From contig JADGIG010000020.1 of assembly GCA_018985235.1 (NCBI GenBank), forward strand, positions 1 to 42,443: a stretch of DNA of 42,443 nucleotides, in the 5' to 3' direction. This DNA is from Sanchytrium tribonematis. Its lineage: Eukaryota. Within the stretch, counting starts at the first letter, position 1. Each line of letters begins with the position of its first letter. Both the position numbers and the translations under genes were made by a program. Below the pieces are notes generated by a model that was not told the origin of the DNA, searched no databases, and saw only the letters and a list, made by a program, of their open reading frames with translations. Of the stretch, positions 9,670 to 19,624 are shown in pieces.

Positions 9670-10794
9670 ATGTTTTGTAAACATGCCGGATGCAAAAGAA
9701 TGGCTTCAGTTTCAAATGAGTATTGCGGATCACACATCCCACATCATCAAGATACACATGATAAAACCTATTGCAATTTTTGCAAAACTTACATTCAAAA
9801 AAAAAAGTCAAGAAAGCATCCTTATGTATGCCCTCTTAGGCCAATTGTAAAATCCTATGTTCTAGAAAATATCAATGTCCCTCCAAATAATTACAATTCT
9901 GACAAACAGGTGCAAAATGTTGATATAAGTCTAAGAGATCTCACTTCATTAAAATTTTATAACGTTGAAGTGGAGTTCGAAATATTTGAAGAAATTGAAT
10001 CCGGAATAAAATACGCGGAATTTAAGAGCAATACTCAAGAAATACGGCTCGCTCAAATCGTTAGAAAATTAGTTGAAAAATTAGATATAAGCAATTTCTG
10101 CGTGATTGATTTTGGTAGTGGTAAAGCCGAATTGCTTCATCACATACGACTTGAGCTACACCAATACTCAAATCTAACTTTTGTGGCAGTCGACAAGCAA
10201 AGTTTTAAATTTAAGTTTGACCGATTGTTCAAATTTAACACTATTGATGGTAATTTCAAACTGGATCTTATGCCATGTAAATTTATGCGTCTCAAATGTG
10301 ATCTAAAGGATTTATTTATTTCAAATATTACCGAATTTAAAAAAATGCCAATACTGGGTAGTTGCAAACATCTATGTGGCGAAGCGACTGATTTTTCAAT
10401 TAATATGCTTTTAAATAATAGTTGCAAGGCATTTATTTTTGCTCCATGTTGTCATCACAGATGCAGAATTGACTCGTTACTATATGACGACGATGATTTG
10501 CCACTACAATCTCTTCAGAATTTTTCCAAGGCTAATCCTCATTATAATTTAGATGCCGATCCAAAAATTGCATTTAGGCAAATATTCTCAAGTTTGACAA
10601 AATTATCAAGCTGGGCAACATTATGCCCAGCTGCTGATAATTCTGATAAAATTGCTTCTGGCAATGATGCAAAGCTATTTATTGACTGGCTCAGAGGCCG
10701 GTATATTGAACGAAGGGGGTTTAAAGTTCAACATGCAATTTATTGCAATAAGACAGTTACTCCGGAAAATCGGGTAATGATTTGTTACAAATGA
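9670..10794 (+). CDS. TRM13: tRNA position-4 2'-O-methyltransferase Trm13
   Basis: N-terminal CCCH and CHHC-type zinc knuckles; 'IDFGSGKAEL'; 'KHLCGEATD'; 'APCCHHRC'; 'SSWAT'; C-terminal 'TPEN'. Confidence 0.9.
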   Translation: MFCKHAGCKRMASVSNEYCGSHIPHHQDTHDKTYCNFCKTYIQKKKSRKHPYVCPLRPIVKSYVLENINVPPNNYNSDKQVQNVDISLRDLTSLKFYNVEVEFEIFEEIESGIKYAEFKSNTQEIRLAQIVRKLVEKLDISNFCVIDFGSGKAELLHHIRLELHQYSNLTFVAVDKQSFKFKFDRLFKFNTIDGNFKLDLMPCKFMRLKCDLKDLFISNITEFKKMPILGSCKHLCGEATDFSINMLLNNSCKAFIFAPCCHHRCRIDSLLYDDDDLPLQSLQNFSKANPHYNLDADPKIAFRQIFSSLTKLSSWATLCPAADNSDKIASGNDAKLFIDWLRGRYIERRGFKVQHAIYCNKTVTPENRVMICYK

Positions 10795-10936
10795 AATGTT
10801 TGCGCCATAGAATCGTTTATGTTATGTAGTAGCATTAATTAATTTTTCATACGATTTCATTAATATCACTTTTACTCCAATCAAATGAGTTTTCAACATT
10901 TTATAATAAAAAATTTGCTTCAAAAGCAGTTGCACA

Positions 10937-11587
10937 ATGATCAACCGTACATATTTAACGGCATTTTGTCTTTGTAGCTTAGGTCTGTTATTTGTATTAA
11001 TTGGCCAATGCTTAACAATTAGCATTCTTGGCTCATTTGGAATTTGGATAACAATTGTTAATATTGCATATATTGGATTTTTGGCGCGAGTATTGATGTC
11101 GGGTGGGCTCAATGATCACAAAACAATCGCGATGATTGTTCATACATACTGTTTGTCCGGAATGACTTTTACGTCAACAATAGGACTAGATGTTGGCGGA
11201 GTAGCAATTCTTTCATTGGTGGGGAGCATTCTTGATATAATTGGAATGTGCATTTTAACGTTCTTACTTTTTTCAACCAAATTTAGTAATTTGCCCTTAA
11301 TCACCAAGCCAGATTCAAATTTGGTAAGAAACAGAGATACGAACTTAACCGAATTTACTGACTATTCTGAAGAACCGGGAATTTCCCCCAGAGACTCATA
11401 TTTTGGCGAAGAAAGGGCGGTTGCGAAATACGGATATGATGCAAATCCTTCAGATAATACAGAGTTAAGTTTTTCAAAAGGCGAAACTTTGTTTGTCGAA
11501 GTCACCGATAAAAATTGGTGGGCAGCTACTAATAACGGAGGCAAAAAAGGCATAGTTCCCGCAAACTACATGATTTTAAAAAAGTAA
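10937..11587 (+). CDS. SHO1: Sho1-like osmosensor: four TM segments plus C-terminal SH3 domain
   Basis: Four hydrophobic stretches, then SH3 'AVAKYGYDANPSDNTELSFSKGE...NWW...GKKGIVPANY'. Confidence 0.7.
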   Translation: MINRTYLTAFCLCSLGLLFVLIGQCLTISILGSFGIWITIVNIAYIGFLARVLMSGGLNDHKTIAMIVHTYCLSGMTFTSTIGLDVGGVAILSLVGSILDIIGMCILTFLLFSTKFSNLPLITKPDSNLVRNRDTNLTEFTDYSEEPGISPRDSYFGEERAVAKYGYDANPSDNTELSFSKGETLFVEVTDKNWWAATNNGGKKGIVPANYMILKK

Positions 11588-11589
11588 AT

Positions 11590-12606
11590 TTATTGTTCCA
11601 TTAACTTTATACCGCGCAATTCATTTTGCACAAAATCACCTGTAATTATTGGAGGGTAGTTCGGATTTTCACCGATTACAGGCTTCAGGGTAGTGTCCGG
11701 ATGCGCATGCAAAAATACAGTGGAAGAAGCTCGCCACAACGAGGTGCCACAAATTCTAGCCTTGTCTCTTTTAGCTATGGCACTATTGTCCGCAACAACT
11801 TCGTGATATCCAGCCACCACTTTGCCGCCTGTCACATATTCTAGCTGTTTTCCTGCCTGGATCAAAATTGTGCCACCTGGAATTTTAACAGGTATTTTTT
11901 TGCCAGTATTGCGAGCCCAAATATACAAACCAGGAAATCTTGCTTTGCCGTGCAAGGTAAGAAAATTAAGGTCGTAGTGAAAAGCAGCAAGTACATCACC
12001 TTCTTTAACATTTAACAAGTCACACCCAGTTGGTGCCAACAAATGTGGTCCTCCAGAGGTATATCTAGTAAATGTATCTTTTTGATGACCAAATCCGATG
12101 GCTGCCATTTCGCAAATAGTCATGCCTAAATCTGCGAGCAAACCACCCCATCTGTTCATTTTGTCTTCCCAATCTGATTTTAAAAGTTCTGGAATGACTG
12201 GATTCGCCGTTAGAGAAGAGTATTTCGCCGATAGGCAGTCACCAATTCTCCAAAAAAATCTCCACTTCGGATCAGGACCGTTCCATGCAGAAGGCTTGTC
12301 CTCTAGAGAATCTATTACCTTCTGACAATTTTGGTCGAAAGAGCACTTTGGATCCTCTGTGAATCCAGGTGTGGCACCAACCTGATAGCCAAATTCTTTT
12401 CTAACGTCTTTTAGTCTCTCATCGCAGGGTAATTCAAAATAATCCGTCATCAAGTCCAAGAATGCCTCATTATCTTTGAAAGTGATCCTTGGATCTCGTA
12501 CTAAGCAAGCTCCATACTGCTCCAACGCAGATGAAATAATGAAACAGCTTTCATCATCATCAGAGTTCAACAAATATTGAGAAATGTCGACTACCGGTAA
12601 ATCCAT
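11590..12606 (-). CDS. 2-oxoglutarate/Fe(II)-dependent dioxygenase (IPNS/clavaminate synthase-like fold)
   Basis: 'LPVVDIS' start; HxD 'FHYDLNFLT'; distal His in 'AGYHEVV'; 'RASSTVF'. ATG at 12606. Confidence 0.85.
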   Translation of the reverse strand: MDLPVVDISQYLLNSDDDESCFIISSALEQYGACLVRDPRITFKDNEAFLDLMTDYFELPCDERLKDVRKEFGYQVGATPGFTEDPKCSFDQNCQKVIDSLEDKPSAWNGPDPKWRFFWRIGDCLSAKYSSLTANPVIPELLKSDWEDKMNRWGGLLADLGMTICEMAAIGFGHQKDTFTRYTSGGPHLLAPTGCDLLNVKEGDVLAAFHYDLNFLTLHGKARFPGLYIWARNTGKKIPVKIPGGTILIQAGKQLEYVTGGKVVAGYHEVVADNSAIAKRDKARICGTSLWRASSTVFLHAHPDTTLKPVIGENPNYPPIITGDFVQNELRGIKLMEQ

Positions 12607-12695
12607 AGAAGATATCAATTTGACGCGATGTCTCCTTTAAATATTTCGAAAGTTGCGTGATTTGCCGCTTTATCAACATCATCATTTGTATTATT

Positions 12696-13077
12696 TTATT
12701 GACTTTTTTTTGGGCTTGAGCTATCTTTTCGGTCGCCTTGCTTAGCTTCTGCTTCTTCTTTCGCTCTCAATTCAGCGATTTCAGATTTTGTCAAAAAACG
12801 ACCACCGGGACCTAAATAAAATAAAACAACCTCTCATTCTACTCATTGCGTGTTTGTGTCTACTTTCATGGAGATAAGGTTTCCTGGCCTTAGGGTATTT
12901 TGCCTCCATTCTAGCTCGTTGGTCTCGTCTTTTAAGAATTCTATGATACTGCTTAGCATTAACGTACAATGGATCACTAAATCCCATTTCCTCTTGCGGT
13001 TGATTAAACATTGATGTAGGAAACGCGTAATTGTGCTGAGGGTCTGACGATTGTTGAGTCAAATTTTGTTGATTCAT
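12696..13077 (-). CDS. HAP2: CCAAT-binding factor subunit A (Hap2/NF-YA); complement join(12831..13077,12696..12811), 120 aa
   Basis: '[14 protein letters not shown]', '[14 protein letters not shown]'. Removing the 19-nt intron restores the invariant RGPGGRF DNA-binding motif. Confidence 0.95.
12812..12830 (-). other. 19-nt intron GTTGTTTTATTTTATTTAG
   Basis: Removal gives [12 protein letters not shown], the exact NF-YA consensus, so intron length is fixed by homology. Confidence 0.96.
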
Positions 13078-13213
13078 GTTTCAAAATGGCTTAAAATTTA
13101 CAGTTCAAAAATTTATGGACTTCTAACGGTAATCTCTGTAATGATATGCTTCCAATTTGGTGTGCGAAAATAGATACTAAAGGAGTACTAGTTGAAGGCA
13201 TCATAATATGCAT

Positions 13214-13978
13214 TTATTTTTCCAACAGCTTCTTTGAACCTCTTAGTAGACCTGTTCTTCTTGCAGCGATTAAACCAACTTTCTGACCAGGGCAAGCTTC
13301 TCTGCTAATGGTCGAGGCATGACCAATATGTTGATGATTACCACCACCGTGAGGATGATCCACTGGATTCATAGCCACACCTCTAGTTTTAGGCCAACAA
13401 TTTCTTTTTCTCTTCATTAAATGATGCTTTCTACCTGCCTTTAACATTGGCTTATCGATTCTACCACCACCAGCAACTAAACCAACCATTGCTCTGCAGC
13501 GAGAGGAAATAATCTTCTTGGAGCCACTAGGTAGTCTAACTCTACTAGTTCCGTCTTCCGAATGTCCAATAATTTGAGCATAATTACCAGAAGCACGGGC
13601 GTATGCACCTCTGTCACCTTCTCGTTCTTCGACGTTACAAATAATGGTACCTTCAGGCATAGAACCGATTGGCAAAATATTTCCAATTGTTAGTTGCGCA
13701 TTTTTACCAGCATTAATTTTTTGACCTGCGAACATACCTTCAGCCGCAACAATCAATTCGTGGTCCGTCTTGTGCTTGTATGGGTTTCGAAACTTGATTT
13801 TTGCAAGTGGCGCACCACGACCAGGATCGTGAAGGATTTCTGTTACTGTACCAGTGATATATCCATTTCTTTCTGTGTAGTCTAATTTTCTTAACTTAGC
13901 TGCTCCTTTTCTGTGCTTCACATGGGCAGTAAATATACTACCTCTACCTTTACGTTGGACACGAATTACACGACCCAT
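13214..13978 (-). CDS. RPL2: 60S ribosomal protein uL2 (yeast Rpl2, mammalian RPL8)
   Basis: [11 protein letters not shown]...HDPGRGAP...[21 protein letters not shown]; full length and intronless. Confidence 0.99.
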   Translation of the reverse strand: MGRVIRVQRKGRGSIFTAHVKHRKGAAKLRKLDYTERNGYITGTVTEILHDPGRGAPLAKIKFRNPYKHKTDHELIVAAEGMFAGQKINAGKNAQLTIGNILPIGSMPEGTIICNVEEREGDRGAYARASGNYAQIIGHSEDGTSRVRLPSGSKKIISSRCRAMVGLVAGGGRIDKPMLKAGRKHHLMKRKRNCWPKTRGVAMNPVDHPHGGGNHQHIGHASTISREACPGQKVGLIAARRTGLLRGSKKLLEK

Positions 13979-14091
13979 TTGAAAGTCTTTTAAACAAGAA
14001 AGTACCTACTCCAAATCGTGATTGTGACCAATCAAATCCAACTTTTTTGAAACTGATTTCCGAATAGAATTATTAATAACTAAATTTATTT

Positions 14092-15267
14092 TCACTGACC
14101 ATCGGCCTTGGATGTAACGTCATAAACTACTGGCAAATCGGCAAAATCGGCCTTATCTAACATTGGTTTCTTAGTTGGCTTGGTATAATCCAATGTGATA
14201 AATTGATCAATCATTTGTTGATGTTCTTTTGTAGGAGCAGCCAACGGCTTCTTTGACTTCTTTTTTTGCTTAAGAGGATTCTCTTCTAAAAGCAGCTCCT
14301 CTAGCTCATGAGTAGCGTCAAAATTCGGTCTTTTTGACTAAATAAAATTAAATTACATCTGGAACAAATGGAGCAGCGCAACCTTTTTTCGCCATTTCTT
14401 CCCAAGGACTTCTTTTCAACCATGGTTCTTGTTTCAGACGCTCAAATCCTGTGCATCCTAATCTCGATTTGACATCTCTATTTATGAACTTCTTAACACA
14501 ATCAATACATTCCTGGCTAACATGCTGGGTAGCATTGTCCGGAAAATGAAGTGGGTCGTGCAAGATAGCATGGGTAAGAGCATCATTAGTCTTGCCACGA
14601 AACGGTCTTTTCCCGAACAAAAATTCGTAAAGCATCACCCCCAGCGACCAATAGTCGACACTACTTCCGTATCCCTGTTTTGCCAGAATTTCCGGTGCCA
14701 TATAAGCCATCGAACCTGCGATACTTGTTAATAATTTGTTAGGTTTCAAATAGACTGCAATATTAAAATCAGTCAGGTGAGCATGTCCTTTTTCGTCCAA
14801 TAAAACATTATCAGGCTTTATGTCTCTATGAACAACATTATGACTATGTAAATAATTTAATGCTAAAGCAATTTCTGCAGTATAAAATTGAACAACATCT
14901 TCTTTCAAACTCCCTTGGCGATCTATATGAAAACGGATATCGCCTCCCAGCATCAAATCGAGAACCATAAATAGGTTTTCATCATCTTGAAAAGCGAACC
15001 TAAGATTCACAACTAAAGGGAACTCCACTTCTTCTAATAATCTTCTTTCTTGTATGATATTATCTACTGCTTTCATCTTTATACACTTGGCTTTGTTAAT
15101 ATATTTTAAAGCATAAAGTTTTTTATCTTTCTTATGTTGAACAACTCGTACTTTACCAAACGCGCCTTAATTAGTGTGAATATACCTTTACCCACGCTTC
15201 TCATGAGCTCAAAATGGGATAGTTCTACCTCCCCATCATAATTTTCTTTAGAAGATCCACAGCCCAT
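14092..15267 (-). CDS. AGC-group YANK/STK32-family kinase with N-terminal MGCxxSK acylation motif; complement join(15186..15267,14357..15165,14092..14337), 378 aa
   Basis: The spliced product reads MGCGSSK...HFELMRSVGKGAFGKVRVV...DFNIA...APFVPDSKRPNFDATHELEELLLEENPL, which are STK32-type signatures. Confidence 0.92.
14338..14356 (-). other. 19-nt intron GTAATTTAATTTTATTTAG
   Basis: Removal joins PFVPD to SKRPNFDATHELEELLLE, the conserved STK32 tail. Confidence 0.94.
15166..15185 (-). other. 20-nt intron GTATATTCACACTAATTAAG
   Basis: Removal restores the glycine-rich loop GKGAFGKV exactly; CTAAT branch motif. Confidence 0.96.
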
Positions 15268-15368
15268 TTAGCTTGTTTCAAAGAGGGGCAAGTGTTTAAA
15301 TATTATATGATACGATGATATAATTTCAAGATACATATAAAAGAATTTATTCATAAATGCATCGGTTG

Positions 15369-16674
15369 TCAAAATTCAACTTTCTCGTCACTTTTGTCTT
15401 CCGGTCCAATGAGAGCCTCTAATTCATCTGGCACAGCTTGTTCTTTTGGCAATAACGACAATCCAAGCAGAGGAATGAATAGCAAAAGAGAACGAAGAAT
15501 TATCAGCTTTTCCAAACCTTCGAATTGGTGAGGTGTAATGTGATATCTGTCTAATAACCAGCTTCCAATAAAAGACCCCACATCCGAAGTGGTATTAATC
15601 CAAGACATCATAAAGGCATAAAGAGAATTAGCAATAGGACTTGGGCATACTGTGGCACAATATATCAACAAAGGCATGCCAGAGAGTCGACCTAAGACAC
15701 TTAATAAAATATTATATATTACCAAAAACCACAGATCTGACATCAGGTAGAGGTTGTATCGCTTAAACTGTATTAGATCTCCTAAAGAAAGCACACTTGT
15801 TACTAAATAAGCCATAATTACTTATGGTCGTCCATATAGTGACTTCTCTAATGTTTGCCATGCTCAAATATCTTTGAAATAGCCAACTTCCCAGTGCCAT
15901 CCCAAAGAATGAAAATGTATCAGCATATCCCAGAATTTGGGCATCCATGCCAATGCTCAGCCTGAAATATGTCATACCCTCGTAGACAGATATTGATGTT
16001 GAATTTTGAATAAAGAAAAACAACATCGGATGAAATATCTCAGGGCTAAAAAATGCCGAAAATACTAGCTTCAGTTTTGAATATATTTGTTGAAAGGGTG
16101 TTCGTTCGGACTCTACAGATTTGTATAGCAAGGAAATTATCATTACAAAAAACGAACAGGGTATCAACAATTTGATAAAAAAGCTAGTACCATAATTTAT
16201 AACAACGTATCCTCCACCTAAAGAGCTAATAATCCCTCCAACAGCAAAAGCTATTGTTGTGCTACTTTGTATTTTAGTATTAAATATTCTGGAAGACAAG
16301 CTGAGATTTGTCCATTTGATCATTTCGCCACCCATGACAACAGAGGCCATAGCACCTCCCAAATTTAAGGCAAGCATAGATAATGTTAATTGAATTGGAT
16401 CAATACTATTATAGATTCCAAACAGTCCCAAACATAAAATTAAATTTGATAATATAAGATAGGCTTTTGGCATCGGCTTTAAGTCCATCATCATTCCAAA
16501 TATCAACTTCATATTCCATGGCTGTTTGGCAATTGTTTTCAGAAGTGTCGCCTGACTAGGATCTAATAAAAACTTATCCCTGAATACTATACTCAGAACA
16601 ATATTTATATAGTTTCGCAATCCAGCAAAGCAACTGACGAATCCTGTTAGCCAAATGAATGATATTCCTTCCAT
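15369..16674 (-). CDS. Folate-biopterin transporter (BT1/FBT family, MFS fold); complement join(15822..16674,15369..15802), 428 aa
   Basis: About 12 hydrophobic segments; 'PWNMKLIFGMMMD' resembles PWxxKPxxGxxxD; 'MPLLIYCATVCP...YAFMMS..N' is typical of BT1. Confidence 0.8.
15803..15821 (-). other. 19-nt intron GTAATTATGGCTTATTTAG
   Basis: Removal joins the two transporter ORFs in frame (WTTII-TSVLSLG) within a hydrophobic helix. Confidence 0.9.
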
Positions 16675-16744
16675 AGAAATTTAACTGAGCAATGTTTTAG
16701 ATTTTTATTCAAAAAATTTGATGAAATTGATTTTTAGTGGCTGA

Positions 16745-17035
16745 ATGCAGTCATTTGAAGCAGACGCAAAAAATCTATTTCAAGAGTGGGAAACAAGATC
16801 ATTTCAATTGACATTAGAAAATAAAAAAAATAATGAAGTTGAACACGAGGAAGTTAATATTTCGGCAGAAATGAGGACACGAAAGTCCTCTATTGCATCA
16901 GTTATGTCAAAGATCAAGGTTATAGGAAAATCAAGTACAACATTAAATAGAAATGAGAAGGAAGAGACGAAAAAAAATGGACTAGGCACACTGAGAATGG
17001 GCACCCGAAAATCAATAATATCTGACAGTAAATAA
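16745..17035 (+). CDS. Small hypothetical protein, 96 aa
   Basis: ATG-initiated ORF filling the gap between the transporter and the lipase; no recognised domain. Confidence 0.5.
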   Translation: MQSFEADAKNLFQEWETRSFQLTLENKKNNEVEHEEVNISAEMRTRKSSIASVMSKIKVIGKSSTTLNRNEKEETKKNGLGTLRMGTRKSIISDSK

Positions 17036-17045
17036 TGTAAATAGT

Positions 17046-17066
17046 TTTTAGTTTAGTAAACTAAAA
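17046..17066. repeat. 10-bp perfect inverted repeat with 1-nt spacer (TTTTAGTTTA-G-TAAACTAAAA)
   Basis: Read directly; lies just after the stop of the 16745..17035 ORF. Confidence 0.6.
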
Positions 17067-17213
17067 TTAGCTTCCCCATTTATTTGCCTCTAATTTACGA
17101 TATATCATGCCTCTGAGCCTTAACTTGCTTGTAAAGAAAGATTTTTAAATCTGATCAGTAGGTTAAAAAAACACATAACGTGGCCTTTAATCTTAAATAT
17201 GAAGAATTTTTAT

Positions 17214-17990
17214 TTAGCATCCACCAACTAAAATATTGCGAATATATGCATGCTTTTCCATGTTATTGTTTGGCCGAGTAGACGCAATGCACAAGGGATC
17301 TTCAATTCCGTCACAAAAAGTTATATTTTCAGATGTGATCCATATTTCACCGTCGTACTGTCGATACCCTAGTGCCAAACCTGGCAAGAATGGCACTAAA
17401 TCATTTTCATGCGTGATACGTTTATATATGATATTAGAATTTTTCATAATTTCTGTAAATTCATAATTTCCCACTCTTGGTGACTCAATTGTCAAAAGCT
17501 TCACCGCAAGGTTCAGTCTTAAATTTAATTCTAAACTTAATAAGTTAGCTAGACTGCCACCCATTGAATGGCCTAGCACTAGAACATCTAATTTTTGGGA
17601 TAATATGATAGGAAGGATCAGGGTTCGTACGCTTTTGTACGCATTGAACCAACCATTATGAACTTTGGGTACGGATTTGATATCATTTCTAATTCTTGGC
17701 ATGAAATTGGGAAAAGCGAGCGGTACTAAATAAACGTTGACATCCAAAAGCCAGTCTTTCAAAACCACTGAGCCTTGAAATGAAATGACTAGATGAGTTT
17801 TGTTTTTCACCAACACCGCCACAATCGAGTTCTTTTGAATTCTAGTAACAAAAGTGAAGTCAGTTGAGCAGTGTATGCAATTGTAGGTTTGAAGGGATGT
17901 CTCATTGCAATAAGCAATTCCAGCCAAGTCGGAATAATAAGCCACATCACTATAATAATTAATAAATGCAAAAATCAAGGTGATAAACAT
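17214..17990 (-). CDS. Secreted class 3 lipase (alpha/beta hydrolase)
   Basis: Signal-like N-terminus; 'ISFQGS'; 'KVHNGW'; nucleophile elbow GHSMGG; 'SPRVGN'; 'RITHENDLVPFLP'. Confidence 0.92.
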   Translation of the reverse strand: MFITLIFAFINYYSDVAYYSDLAGIAYCNETSLQTYNCIHCSTDFTFVTRIQKNSIVAVLVKNKTHLVISFQGSVVLKDWLLDVNVYLVPLAFPNFMPRIRNDIKSVPKVHNGWFNAYKSVRTLILPIILSQKLDVLVLGHSMGGSLANLLSLELNLRLNLAVKLLTIESPRVGNYEFTEIMKNSNIIYKRITHENDLVPFLPGLALGYRQYDGEIWITSENITFCDGIEDPLCIASTRPNNNMEKHAYIRNILVGGC

Positions 17991-18087
17991 ATTAAAATTG
18001 CCTCTTCCTCTCTTAACCTTCTTTAAAAAATCGTTTACGGTCTACAATCGCCTCATGCACCTCGTGTAAGGTTTGCGAAAATAGGCC

Positions 18088-18792
18088 ATGGGCCGCAAAC
18101 AATTGGTTTCCAATTCATCAAAAGAGGCAGAAACTATGCACTTGGAAACGCATGATGATTTTGCGGCTAAAGAAACAGAAGAGGAAACATTACATATAGA
18201 AAGTGAAGAAATGGTCTTAAACAAAGATATTGATGAATTAAATTTTAAAATTGAGACGAATCAAAAACCAACTATGGGAGATACTTCAACTGTGAATGAT
18301 GATGAGCAATATCAGTCACTAAGAATTAAAGATTATCAAAATTTTGTTCCAACTGAGGAATCAAATATTGTGTGGAAAAAAAACAAATCTAAGCGCTCTC
18401 CTCAGGTGTCTTTTCCACCAAGGTTCATTAATTCTGGCAAGGATCTTAAAGTTACAAACTCTAAATCAAAGGTTGCATCCGATATTAATCCTTTTACTTA
18501 TTTGAATGTAATTTCAACTTCAGGTGTTTTGGAAGATCAAAAGTCTTTTCAAGTCATATCTGATATTGTCCGTTTTTGGCAAATCGAGTATCGAAAACGT
18601 ATCAATTTGGAAACAAGACTAGTGAACCGATCAAGGGATTTGGGACAGAATTATGTGAAATTCTTAGAAGGTTTGGTGGAAGAGTGGATGATGCGTTATG
18701 AGTGTGAAAAATTAAGGCAAAACAACTTGGATCGATTGTCAAACGATAACGAACTTTTAGCTGAGTATTTAAAAAAATTTAATAAATTGTAA
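18088..18792 (+). CDS. Hypothetical protein with acidic N-terminus and C-terminal coiled coil, 234 aa
   Basis: Long ATG-initiated ORF; no family recognised. Confidence 0.65.
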   Translation: MGRKQLVSNSSKEAETMHLETHDDFAAKETEEETLHIESEEMVLNKDIDELNFKIETNQKPTMGDTSTVNDDEQYQSLRIKDYQNFVPTEESNIVWKKNKSKRSPQVSFPPRFINSGKDLKVTNSKSKVASDINPFTYLNVISTSGVLEDQKSFQVISDIVRFWQIEYRKRINLETRLVNRSRDLGQNYVKFLEGLVEEWMMRYECEKLRQNNLDRLSNDNELLAEYLKKFNKL

Positions 18793-18825
18793 GTCAAAGT
18801 AGCCAGAGGAATTTTATTTAAATTT

Positions 18826-19422
18826 CTAATAGAAAAACTTATTGAGCATGTTGAGATGTTTCTGATCTAGTTTATACCTAACGAAATTTCCGTTAGCACC
18901 ATCGTCATTGGTTAGCAACATATTTACAGAAGGGAGAGGACTACCATTGGAGAAAGAGTTTGTATTCATTTTTGGGTTAGATTCAGCCTTTTCGCTAAGG
19001 CTACTGTCGGGAGTCATTCCACTTGACTCAGAAATGTACATCTTTCTTTTCAAATCCCTGTCCTCAGATGGACTTATTAAAAATGTATCTTCTGGACTGT
19101 AGTACGAAACGACATGAAATTTGTGATCATCCAACTGAACACTTAACACTTTTTTATACATATTTTCAACAAATCCGTTTGTGATTCGCTTGTATATCAA
19201 AAAATCTCCCTGCATTCTTGAGGCACTCCAATTGAAACCATCAGTCCACCGCTTTACATTCGATTCTTGTTCAGAAAGAACAAAAACATCTCCACTACTG
19301 ATGGCGGATTTTTCATATTCACTAAGGCGAGACCTCAACCTTTCCAATACTCCAGAATTTGTAGCTTGTATAAGCAATAATGCATCGTGTTTGGTTTTTA
19401 AAATACCTCTGTAAGTAACCAT
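18826..19422 (-). CDS. Gti1/Pac2 (WOPR) family transcription factor
   Basis: 'TYRGILKTKHDALLLIQA', 'ISSGDVFV', 'VKRWTDGFNWSASR...FLIY', 'KKVLSV', 'HVVSYY'. Confidence 0.92.
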   Translation of the reverse strand: MVTYRGILKTKHDALLLIQATNSGVLERLRSRLSEYEKSAISSGDVFVLSEQESNVKRWTDGFNWSASRMQGDFLIYKRITNGFVENMYKKVLSVQLDDHKFHVVSYYSPEDTFLISPSEDRDLKRKMYISESSGMTPDSSLSEKAESNPKMNTNSFSNGSPLPSVNMLLTNDDGANGNFVRYKLDQKHLNMLNKFFY

Positions 19423-19478
19423 AGTTTGTTGTCACTTCAGAGTGGATTCAGTATTTAAACATTTTTAATTTAAGTCAT

Positions 19479-19570
19479 CCAATCAAAGCATCAAATCGTC
19501 AGGCTTGGTCCAATCTTTCGCTCGTAAAGATTAGTTCAGTTATCCAATCATTCGCATTTAATTTAATTGG
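19479..19570. promoter_or_regulatory. Cluster of four CCAAT boxes in the divergent WOPR/OSBP promoter
   Basis: CCAATC at 19479, 19510 and 19544, and ATTGG at 19566, all within a 202-bp intergenic region. Confidence 0.55.
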
Positions 19571-19624
19571 TCAAACAACAAAGTTGACAATCAACTCCAA
19601 GCAAGAATCGCGATCCCCTTTTGT

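Noticed and set aside
17028..17044. 17-nt GT..AG candidate at the end of the 96-aa ORF
   Set aside because: Lacks T at -8 and a pyrimidine at -5, adds only a few codons, and has no homology support.
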